From NCBI GenBank assembly GCA_017847725.1, contig JAGAXW010000025.1, positions 4,067 to 68,066 on the forward strand: DNA of 64,000 nucleotides, in the 5' to 3' direction. Shown piece by piece: positions 1 through 7,447 of the stretch. The notes under the pieces are model-generated. The model ran no database searches. It was not told the origin of the DNA and saw nothing but the letters and a program-made list of their open reading frames with translations. Position numbers and translations under genes: made by a program. Numbering within the stretch: the first letter of the stretch is position 1; each line of letters begins with the position of its first letter. The DNA comes from Prevotella sp. Its GTDB lineage: Bacteria; Bacteroidota; Bacteroidia; Bacteroidales; Bacteroidaceae.

Positions 1-153
1 GAAGAAGAAAGAAGAAAAGCAGAAAATGAAGTTAGGCTCTACAACAAAGAAGAGAGAATCCTCAACTATGGAGAACCCAACGCAAAAGATTCCGTCTATG
101 ACAAGGTGTTTCGGTTCTATGGGCCTATAATCAGAGGGGAAAAAGCAACATGA
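1..153 (+). CDS. 3' end of a hypothetical protein (runs off the window edge)
   Basis: Frame 1 is open from base 1 (EEERRKAENEVRLY...IRGEKAT). Its TGA at 151-153 overlaps the ATG of the MNT gene (ATGA coupling). Confidence 0.65.
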   Translation, partial: EEERRKAENEVRLYNKEERILNYGEPNAKDSVYDKVFRFYGPIIRGEKAT

Positions 154-443
154 AGTCTACCGACGAAATACTTAATATCCTCCGGGACTGGAAGCCAGAA
201 GCTATTTGCAAATATGGCGTTACCACACTCGGACTATTCGGTTCGTGCGCCAGAGGGCAGCAGCATGAGGGAAGCGACGTGGATGTCTTTTTCGACGGTC
301 AAACACCAACATTGCTTACAATAGCAAGAATGGAACATGAACTTGAAACGCTGATGGGATGCCCGGTGCAGCTTACCATGCTGCATGACGGAATGCCAGA
401 CAGTTTAAAACATAATCTAAAAAGGGATGCAATATATGTGTAA
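150..443 (+). CDS. Minimal nucleotidyltransferase (MNT / MntA antitoxin-like)
   Basis: 97 aa with the GS...DxD motif (GLFGSCARG...SDVDV) and a typical 'RDAIYV' C-terminus. Confidence 0.88.
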   Translation: MKSTDEILNILRDWKPEAICKYGVTTLGLFGSCARGQQHEGSDVDVFFDGQTPTLLTIARMEHELETLMGCPVQLTMLHDGMPDSLKHNLKRDAIYV

Positions 444-444
444 T

Positions 445-648
445 ATGGAATTGACAGAAGAGCAGAAGCAGATGCTTCAGAACAGGGTGATGGGCAACGG
501 CATGACCGCTTGGGAATACATCGAGTCGCAGAACGAGTCCGACCGTCCCTGGGTAATCGCCGGAGCCAAGTCCTGCATCGAGAAGGGCTATGGTCTGACG
601 ATGCTGGAGATCAACAGCGAAACCAGACGTATTCGATCTGGAAGATGA
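445..648 (+). CDS. Small hypothetical protein (67 aa)
   Basis: The ATG lies 1 nt after the MNT stop. No HEPN RxxxxH motif is present. Confidence 0.6.
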   Translation: MELTEEQKQMLQNRVMGNGMTAWEYIESQNESDRPWVIAGAKSCIEKGYGLTMLEINSETRRIRSGR

Positions 649-658
649 ACATTTAATT

Positions 659-761
659 GGAGGGCTGAATAGGTATGCACAGGTGCTTCGGTACCTGGTA
701 CGACGGTGTTAGGCTTATTCGGAGCTGCTGTCCTGATGGGCGGCGGCTCTTTTCGTTCTCC
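659..761 (+). ncRNA. Candidate structured RNA including a terminator-like hairpin
   Basis: Pairings: 659-665/755-761, 665-673/714-722, 680-686/691-697 (cUUCGg loop) and 722-733/738-749 followed by TTTT. Many G-U pairs form only on the + strand. Confidence 0.5.
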
Positions 762-786
762 GCTATGATGTGCGCCGTCCGTAGAA

Positions 787-941
787 TTGGTATTCTAACA
801 ATTTTTTCATCCGAAACTTGTTATTCTAACAACTTTCTGGCACTCTGAGTTGACATTATATCAATCGAAAGTTGACATTATATCAAGTTTTGGCACTAAT
901 AATTGATGTAACGTCAATTTTTGATGTTGATGATACAACAA
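787..941. repeat. Array of six 15-bp TTG-N9-CAA dyad boxes
   Basis: Boxes start at 787, 818, 850, 872, 903 and 927. The boxes at 850 and 872 are identical (TTGACATTATATCAA). Confidence 0.75.
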
Positions 942-979
942 ATAGAAAGAGCCACCCATTCGCTGCCATGGATGGCTCC
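941..979 (-). terminator. Intrinsic terminator for the minus-strand 2215/1762 genes
   Basis: Minus strand reads GAGCCATCCAT-loop-ATGGGTGGCTC followed by TTTCTATTT. Confidence 0.7.
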
Positions 980-1021
980 CGACCGACTTCCCGAGCAACC
1001 AGGAACTGGAACAACAATCGA

Positions 1022-1762
1022 TTAAAAATCTTCTTTTACATACTCGTATGGGCCATATTTTATTCTAACGAAGTATGGATAATCATCTTCATCCTGTGAC
1101 ATCACACTTATCTCAAACCCAAACCCAAAATCTGAAATATTGTTTCCTTTTTGCATATTACTAAACGAGACCGTCCTTCTGTACGGAACAGGTGGCAGCC
1201 CACCGGCAGAGAGTTTTTCATCAATAAGAGATGTTGATGGATATCGTTCAGCAAGACGATGATGGAACCTTTCTTTTACCTTCAGAGCTTCGTCTATGTT
1301 CCGCACATAAATAGCAAACAATGCTCCACAAAAGTAATCACTCTTTCCGTCGCTCTGGAAACGAAATGCAACAGTGCTAAAACTTTCACCGCTATAAAAG
1401 ATGTGCTTATACACGATTGCGGATTGGTCACTATAATATGCCTTTCCAAACTTATTGTAAAGAACTGTCGCAGCAGCATCGTAAGAACAACCGAAAGGAA
1501 TCCCTGCTATTTCTTTTACAGTATTCTTTTCTATAGCCTGATGGAAAACCGCAGTGAGAAAAGCAACTGGGTCATTTTTTTCTCTGATGGTATCACCCTT
1601 AACTACTATAAACGGGTGATTATCTTCTTGCTGCAAAGTCTTCATGACGGAACCAACCGCATGTATCATGCCTGGTGTCATTTCCTCTGATAGATTATTA
1701 GTACTTTGTCCCACTGCTATGCATGGCAGAAAAAAAAGTAAATATAAGATGAGCTTCTTCAT
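1022..1762 (-). CDS. Hypothetical exported protein
   Basis: Long ORF with signal peptide MKKLILYLLFFLPCIAVG; start moved to the ATG at 1762. Confidence 0.7.
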   Translation of the reverse strand: MKKLILYLLFFLPCIAVGQSTNNLSEEMTPGMIHAVGSVMKTLQQEDNHPFIVVKGDTIREKNDPVAFLTAVFHQAIEKNTVKEIAGIPFGCSYDAAATVLYNKFGKAYYSDQSAIVYKHIFYSGESFSTVAFRFQSDGKSDYFCGALFAIYVRNIDEALKVKERFHHRLAERYPSTSLIDEKLSAGGLPPVPYRRTVSFSNMQKGNNISDFGFGFEISVMSQDEDDYPYFVRIKYGPYEYVKEDF

Positions 1763-1780
1763 TACATCCCCCTTCCTCAT

Positions 1781-2215
1781 TTAATGATTCTGTATTGTTG
1801 GCTGGCTTGTTCCATATTGTGTCCGTGATGGCTGCTGACCTGTATTAGACGATTGCTGTTGTCCTGCTGAAACGTGTTGCTCTTTTCTGGACTCCTGATA
1901 AACATATCTTTTACCCAGATTGACAAATTCTGCATTAGGAGCCTCGACCTGAAGGAATATGTCATTCTTACTCTTACCAAGAATCTTCAGAGTGAACTTT
2001 TCACCAAACTCAGACTGAAGATTTAGCAAATCTTTCCCAGTGAGTTCCTTGGCAGCAAACACCATGACCAGACAACCCTCAGTCTTTGCTTCTGTGAGTT
2101 CTGTATCAATTTCTTTCGGTTGGAAATTTACCTTTTCCATTACCCGGAGAACAGCAGCTTCGATTTCCATGACACTGCTACCCTTTTCAATTCCATTCAA
2201 TGCTAAATTTATCAT
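1781..2215 (-). CDS. Hypothetical protein with Q/S-rich tail
   Basis: 144-aa ORF with an AT-rich upstream region and a -7-like box at 2242-2249. Confidence 0.7.
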   Translation of the reverse strand: MINLALNGIEKGSSVMEIEAAVLRVMEKVNFQPKEIDTELTEAKTEGCLVMVFAAKELTGKDLLNLQSEFGEKFTLKILGKSKNDIFLQVEAPNAEFVNLGKRYVYQESRKEQHVSAGQQQSSNTGQQPSRTQYGTSQPTIQNH

Positions 2216-2289
2216 ATACTATTTGTTTTAAATTCACGATGCGAAAGTACGCATAATAAATGGCATATGAGTCATTGAAAAAATAAAAG

Positions 2290-2311
2290 TCGTATATTAA
2301 CAATTTTATGA
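2290..2311 (-). promoter_or_regulatory. Dyad operator/activator box (copy 1)
   Basis: Minus strand TCATA-AAATTGTTAATA-TACGA, 41 bp from the TACTTTCG box at 2249. Confidence 0.65.
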
Positions 2312-2503
2312 GTACTTGATTAATTTAGAACGAATATTTTGGTGTTTACGGGAGGGCTTTCCCACTCTCCACATGCTCCGAGTGACGGCACGTTGTGCTG
2401 CCCTATTTTACCACTTCACTTCGTTACGCTCTATGGTGTTAGCCACTTCGGGACAGCATCCCGAACCCTTGCCTTATTCGATGGCTATGCAAATGTCGGG
2501 AAG

Positions 2504-2573
2504 TCGTAAAAACGTTAAAATACGAAATAAAAATTTTCGCAGTATCAGAACCCCTGCATTTACCGTAACTTTG
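2504..2573 (+). promoter_or_regulatory. Relaxase promoter: dyad box (copy 2) plus -7 element
   Basis: TCGTA-AAAACGTTAAAA-TACGA at 2504-2525 and TAACTTTG at 2566-2573. Confidence 0.65.
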
Positions 2574-2595
2574 TCGCAGCGAATCCACGTAAGAG

Positions 2596-2650
2596 GATAT
2601 AGCCCACTACATCCCTATCCGCAAGACGGCAGGGATAAATGTGGGCTCTC
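2596..2650. other. Putative oriT (MOBV type)
   Basis: Minus-strand TAGTGGGCTATA (2609-2598) resembles the pMV158-family nick region. Inverted repeats AGCCCAC/GTGGGCT and ATCCCT/AGGGAT lie just upstream of the relaxase. Confidence 0.6.
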
Positions 2651-2712
2651 CGAGGTTAATTGAATCATGTTGAACAATGGGAGCAAGCTCCTTAAAAAAG
2701 AATAAGAATTAT

Positions 2713-4302
2713 ATGGGAACAGGTAAGACTGGTGGCCACTGGAAGCCATGTAATATCGGTAGCGTCGAAGCACACAACGAACGCCGCCCTGAGTATCTTG
2801 AATCAGTGAAGAAAGCAGGACTCGGTTTGTATTTCTTTGAACATCTGACTGAGCACAATGACCATTGGGTAAGTGACAATGTTAGGTACAAGGGTAAAAC
2901 AGTCGCAGAAGTGTTTGAAGCAATGAAAAAACTGTATAAGGAAAAGACAGGTCAACTACCCCAACTTACAAATAAAATCAAAGTGAATAAAAAGACAGGT
3001 AAGGAGTACAAATGTGCTGGGTGGAGTCCCATTCGTGAAATGTGTCCGCCCATTAAAGAGGATACCAAGATAGAGGACTTCGAATACTTGAAGAAATGGG
3101 CCAAGAAACATGGTATAGAAATCATTCGCATCGACCTTCACAAAGACGAAGGCTACTATGACGAAAAGACTGGTGAGTACAAGATGAATTACCATGCTCA
3201 TGTGGTAGCAAGTTTTCTTGACTGGAATACTGGTAAGACAGTAAAGCCAAACAGTCAGGCAATGTCAGAGATGCAGACCATATTGGCTATGGCACTTGAC
3301 ATGGAACGAGGAGAAAGGAAAGCAAATACAGGAGTAGGATACCTCGACCATCCGCAGTATAGAAAGATGATGGAGGCTATTGACGGAGAAAAAAAGGAAA
3401 TAATTGAAGAGGCGAAAAAAGAAGCTTCCGCCATAGTTGATGAAGCATACAAGGATGCTGTTGCCATCAAGCAGAGTGCTGAGGACGAACTGAAGTCTAT
3501 CCAGGCAGAAGTGAAGAAAGCAGAAACAAGACTGAAGGGTCTCACAACCATGATTTCTAATCTGGAAGCACAGAAAGACAATATAGAGGCTCAGATTGCA
3601 GCACTCGAAGATGAATATGCTGAGGACAAAGAACAGCTGGAACAGAAGCGTTCTGAACTTCAGACGAAACTGACAGGGATAGAAAAGAAAATCGCCGAGA
3701 AACAAGAAAAGTTCAATACTGCTGAACAGCAGCTTCGAGATATTAACGACCAATTCACAAAAATCAAAGAACAAAAAGAAAAGTATGAGAAAGATATACG
3801 GACAATGACTGATGATGCGATTAAGCGCCATGACAAGATAAACAAGGCTATCAGCCAGAAACGCGCAGAACTGGCGAAGATGGATAAGGCAGGTGAACTC
3901 ACCAGAGCAGAGAAACACATTGAGGAAAGGAATGTCGTAATCTATCGCAGATGGCCAGAGGCTCGGAATGCTGTCGATGCTATCTTCCAACTCGGCAACT
4001 CTACAACGGCTAAAGACTTCACTCCGCAGCAGGCTCTTGACGTGGAGCATGCTATAGCAACATCAGGTACCAGCCGAACTGATGCAGCAAAGAATCTGCT
4101 TTCACTAACCCAGAAAGAATTTGATGATTATAGGACACCCAGAGGATATGTTGAAGGTGCAGCCAAACTGGTTAATTCAATCGCACAAGGCACCCATCTG
4201 CGGTTAACAGCCTTGCTGAGGAGCCAGCCTAAAGATGCTGGAGGTGGCCCCAGTTACATCACCGACCTCACCGACTGGGCAGGAAATCAGATTCATCGGT
4301 GA
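2713..4302 (+). CDS. Mobilization relaxase (MOBV / Pre-Mob-like) with long coiled coil
   Basis: N-terminal AHNER motif, HKDE...HAH (HxDE-HxH) motif and a heptad-rich C-terminal half. Confidence 0.85.
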   Translation: MGTGKTGGHWKPCNIGSVEAHNERRPEYLESVKKAGLGLYFFEHLTEHNDHWVSDNVRYKGKTVAEVFEAMKKLYKEKTGQLPQLTNKIKVNKKTGKEYKCAGWSPIREMCPPIKEDTKIEDFEYLKKWAKKHGIEIIRIDLHKDEGYYDEKTGEYKMNYHAHVVASFLDWNTGKTVKPNSQAMSEMQTILAMALDMERGERKANTGVGYLDHPQYRKMMEAIDGEKKEIIEEAKKEASAIVDEAYKDAVAIKQSAEDELKSIQAEVKKAETRLKGLTTMISNLEAQKDNIEAQIAALEDEYAEDKEQLEQKRSELQTKLTGIEKKIAEKQEKFNTAEQQLRDINDQFTKIKEQKEKYEKDIRTMTDDAIKRHDKINKAISQKRAELAKMDKAGELTRAEKHIEERNVVIYRRWPEARNAVDAIFQLGNSTTAKDFTPQQALDVEHAIATSGTSRTDAAKNLLSLTQKEFDDYRTPRGYVEGAAKLVNSIAQGTHLRLTALLRSQPKDAGGGPSYITDLTDWAGNQIHR

Positions 4303-5159
4303 CATAGGTAGTCGTTCACATCTTTGTGGGGAGCAAAGCGATTCCTTATGTCGATAGCAGACGGCAGTGCATTGAGCAGCCATCTGGTAGCGGACTCACC
4401 GCCCTCGTCATTATCAAGACAAAGGTATATTTGAATCCGTAACGTTTTCAACACTTCCAGAGCGGCCTCTTTGTTCACGATGGAGTTCAAGACTATATAG
4501 TTATGCTTGACTCCACCGCAGAGAGTGGCAAACGACAGCATATCCATGAAACCCTCGAAAACGACCACTGGCGCGTTTTCTTGGTCAAGGTGAGTGGTTA
4601 TCCACTTGGGAGCCTTGGAGTGCTTCTTGATGCTGTTGCGCATCTCCACACCGCCTTTGTCGTTCTGGTAGGCCAGCGTGTAAATGTACGTGCCATCGTC
4701 TGGCTGCTTATAAGAGTACCTGGCTTCCTGAAGGAACTGCTTGGCAATCTCGATATTGATGCCACGCTTGTAGAGGTAGGCGTACAGTCCCCGGGATTGT
4801 AGCGGCACCATTTCAAAGCGTGTGTACTCCAGTCCTTTTTCTTTTTCTCCGTCAGAAGTATTTGACTGAGGAAAGGAAAAAGAATCTGGTCGAAACTTCT
4901 CCAGTTCTTCAATAACCCTCCTGAAGTCGCGAGTGTTCAGGTGCATCATCACAAGATCTATTACACTCCCTTTGGCTCCAGTGGCTAAGTCATGCCAGCC
5001 TCGACCATCTGGCGTAACAGACAATGAGGGGTGCTTATCCTCTCTCCATGGTGCATGATAGAGATAGCCTTGTGCCACCTTCTTTGCAGGTTTGCCCAGA
5101 TAGTCCAGGCAAGTGTATTTCTCTTTTATCTGTTGTATATTCATATTTTCAATTTTCAA
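4293..5159 (-). CDS. DNA primase (degenerate CHC2-like N-terminus plus Toprim)
   Basis: PWREDKHPS...WHDLATG N-terminus; Toprim motifs VFEGFMD and LCLDNDEGG. Confidence 0.85.
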   Translation of the reverse strand: MKIENMNIQQIKEKYTCLDYLGKPAKKVAQGYLYHAPWREDKHPSLSVTPDGRGWHDLATGAKGSVIDLVMMHLNTRDFRRVIEELEKFRPDSFSFPQSNTSDGEKEKGLEYTRFEMVPLQSRGLYAYLYKRGINIEIAKQFLQEARYSYKQPDDGTYIYTLAYQNDKGGVEMRNSIKKHSKAPKWITTHLDQENAPVVVFEGFMDMLSFATLCGGVKHNYIVLNSIVNKEAALEVLKTLRIQIYLCLDNDEGGESATRWLLNALPSAIDIRNRFAPHKDVNDYLCHR

Positions 5160-5163
5160 AATG

Positions 5164-5342
5164 TGGTTACAAAAGTTACAAAGTTACAAATTACCTTCAA
5201 ACCGCTGAAAATCAAATAGTTTTGTATGTAACTTTTATGTAACTTTTGTAACCTTTGTAACTTTTTTAAAAAAGGTTACAAAAAGGTTACGTGCTAACTA
5301 TCTGATAATCAGTGAGTATAACACTTGTAACCTTTGTAACCG
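5164..5342. repeat. Iteron-like GTTAC/GTAAC cluster, putative replication origin
   Basis: GTTAC at 5166, 5175, 5183, 5275 and 5286; GTAAC at 5228, 5239, 5248, 5257, 5327 and 5336. The region is AT-rich and lies between the helicase and primase genes. Confidence 0.75.
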
Positions 5343-5356
5343 TTTTTTTTATTCTC

Positions 5357-6904
5357 TTAGAAATCATCATCTATAAGTTTTTTCTTGTTTATTTTGAGTT
5401 TTTTGCCGACTTTTTGACAAGAATATGATAGTCCATTTAATGAATCTCGCAAATAGTAAGTGATGCGAGATGCCCTCTTGGAGGTTTCTATGCCCCATCT
5501 ATGCAGTATTTGGCTGATATCGCTTCGTGTGATAGAACATTTTAATCGGGAGGAAAGCTTTAGATTATCACAGAGCGCTATCAAAGTGGTAAGATCATAC
5601 TCCAACATTTCTAACTGTTGCTCACGCATGATATCAAGAAGAATCTCCCTGAGTTCCTGCTCCAGCGAAGGCTGACTGTGACGTACTATCTTGCGCCAGG
5701 CATCTGTATGAATTTGCTCTGGAGCAAACCACAGTCGGTTCTTACGCTCATATCGCATCTGTCTATTTTGGAGAGAATAAAGAAAAAAAGGTATCTCTTT
5801 CTTGCACTCATCCAAAATATCTGTGCCTTCTTCTTTCTTAGAGAGAGCAGGCACCTTTCTAACCCAATAGCGGGTGTCATTCGGATCTATCTTTACTGGG
5901 GTATATTCGTCATTGCTGCAGATAACTATCTTCAGGAAATTGAATGCAAGCTTAGGGTCTTTGCCCTTCGATTCTGACGGAAGCGTTTCTGCCGTGACAA
6001 TATTCTTAACTTTGGCATTCTGTTTCTTCCTGTCATTGCTGTCATCGGCTTGTTCCTCAATATAGCCCAGTAATTTACCGACCCAGTAACTGTTGAATCG
6101 AGACTCCACAATCTCTGGAGTGAGAGGCAGGGCGTTCTCGCAGAACACAGCATTTAAGAACTTGCAGAACGTGGACTTACCAGTTCCTGTCTCATCGCTG
6201 ACCAGCAGCAATACCGGCAGTGAATGAAGCGGTTTTTCGTACAGTATCTTGAGATAGTCCATTCCCATCTCATATTGGTCCTGGAATATGTGACGTAGAA
6301 GCTTCTCTATATGCTGCCAGTCACCTTCCGTTGGAGTGTGTGAGAGTGGTCTGTATATGTTATAGAACAATTCGCCATCTCCATTGTCTATACACTCCTG
6401 ATAGTTTATATGTGAGGGTATATTGGTTTTTGCAAGATACTTTGGAGCAACCTTCAGTATCATGTTACCTATCTCCTTTCCGTAGTCATTAACGATCGTC
6501 GAGCTATTTATGTCGTAGAGTGTTTCCTGGCATGTCAGTGGGTCTTTGGCCTTCTTATACCACTTACCACCAATACGTAATAACTTCGAGGCTACCTCTG
6601 CAATCTCGCTTTCGTCAACGGCACTATCCTTTTTTTCTTTTCCTCCGTTATCAAGACCAAAGGTCTGTGCTATCTCTTTGATGGCAGACTTGAACTCTTC
6701 CTTGTTGCCAGGAGATTGATGATGACTGGCCATGTATGCTTCTATGGGACTGTACCACTTGTTGTTTGTGCCACGCACATAGCACACTTCTCCATACTTC
6801 TCTGTATTTCTACGTTCCAGTTCAGATTCCTTAACCTGCGGATACACTAACTTTATGATGTTGATTCCTTGCTCTGTGAGCTTATATAATTTCGCTAAAT
6901 GCAT
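5357..6904 (-). CDS. Primase-associated P-loop helicase (SF3 / DUF5906-like)
   Basis: Walker A ETGTGKST, Walker B YIEE, sensor CSN and a DTRYWV arginine-finger region. Confidence 0.8.
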   Translation of the reverse strand: MHLAKLYKLTEQGINIIKLVYPQVKESELERRNTEKYGEVCYVRGTNNKWYSPIEAYMASHHQSPGNKEEFKSAIKEIAQTFGLDNGGKEKKDSAVDESEIAEVASKLLRIGGKWYKKAKDPLTCQETLYDINSSTIVNDYGKEIGNMILKVAPKYLAKTNIPSHINYQECIDNGDGELFYNIYRPLSHTPTEGDWQHIEKLLRHIFQDQYEMGMDYLKILYEKPLHSLPVLLLVSDETGTGKSTFCKFLNAVFCENALPLTPEIVESRFNSYWVGKLLGYIEEQADDSNDRKKQNAKVKNIVTAETLPSESKGKDPKLAFNFLKIVICSNDEYTPVKIDPNDTRYWVRKVPALSKKEEGTDILDECKKEIPFFLYSLQNRQMRYERKNRLWFAPEQIHTDAWRKIVRHSQPSLEQELREILLDIMREQQLEMLEYDLTTLIALCDNLKLSSRLKCSITRSDISQILHRWGIETSKRASRITYYLRDSLNGLSYSCQKVGKKLKINKKKLIDDDF

Positions 6905-6953
6905 AATTTCAATTCATTTTTATGTTAATTAATTAAATTAATTACGATAAAAC

Positions 6954-6984
6954 TTTGTGGATTCAGAAATTATGCGTAACTTTG
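6954..6984 (+). promoter_or_regulatory. Consensus Bacteroidetes promoter, antisense to the int-helicase genes
   Basis: TTTG (6954-6957), 19-bp spacer, TAACTTTG (6977-6984). Confidence 0.65.
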
Positions 6985-6990
6985 CCTCCG

Positions 6991-7061
6991 CAACAGATGA
7001 AAGTTACGCGGTTTTATTTCCGAACCCATTCCCGAACAGCAATGTCCGGGACTTTCTTTTT
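6991..7061 (+). ncRNA. Candidate ~70-nt antisense RNA
   Basis: Bounded by the consensus promoter and the hairpin TCCCGAACA-GCAA-TGTCCGGGA plus CTTTCTTTTT (7030-7061); no ORF. Confidence 0.55.
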
Positions 7062-7100
7062 ATGGTGGCATCGACCTTAAACTGCTCATCGTCAACCCTC

Positions 7101-7445
7101 CTATAGTTTTAGTTGCTCAGTTCTGGGATTCTCTTTGATGTACTGCAGAGTATCAGTCAATTTGTCGAACTGTTCGTCAGTGAGACGTGGCCCTTCATAG
7201 CCATTTTCATTGTATCTCAAAGAGCGGGCTATCTGGGCAGCGAACACCGTGCGGTTGTGATCACTGAACGATTGACCACCGAAAGACCACATTGTGCCTT
7301 TTTCAACTCTCTCTTCGTGGTCGTTGAAGTATTCCTCGAAGGCATCCTGGAGCCATCTGTAACCTTTGTGCATGCCCTCACCTGTGGCATGTTCCCGGGC
7401 GTACTGAAGTATTTCCGCCCATTTCTTGTCTGTTCTCGCATCCAT
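7101..7445 (-). CDS. Hypothetical protein
   Basis: 114-aa ORF starting 2 nt after the integrase stop. Confidence 0.7.
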   Translation of the reverse strand: MDARTDKKWAEILQYAREHATGEGMHKGYRWLQDAFEEYFNDHEERVEKGTMWSFGGQSFSDHNRTVFAAQIARSLRYNENGYEGPRLTDEQFDKLTDTLQYIKENPRTEQLKL

Positions 7446-7447
7446 AA

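Noticed and set aside
659-761. Retron msr-msd or hammerhead ribozyme
   Set aside because: No reverse transcriptase in the window and no CUGAUGA/GAAA core; kept only as an unassigned structured RNA.
787-941. Possible CRISPR mini-array
   Set aside because: The boxes are only 15 bp, degenerate, and separated by 7-17 bp; no cas genes are present in the window.
872-1099. 75-aa + strand ORF
   Set aside because: TTG start inside the repeat array; crosses a terminator and overlaps a better gene on the opposite strand.
2316-2663. 115-aa ORF upstream of the relaxase
   Set aside because: TTG start; overlies hairpins, the dyad box, the promoter and oriT, with no recognisable motif.
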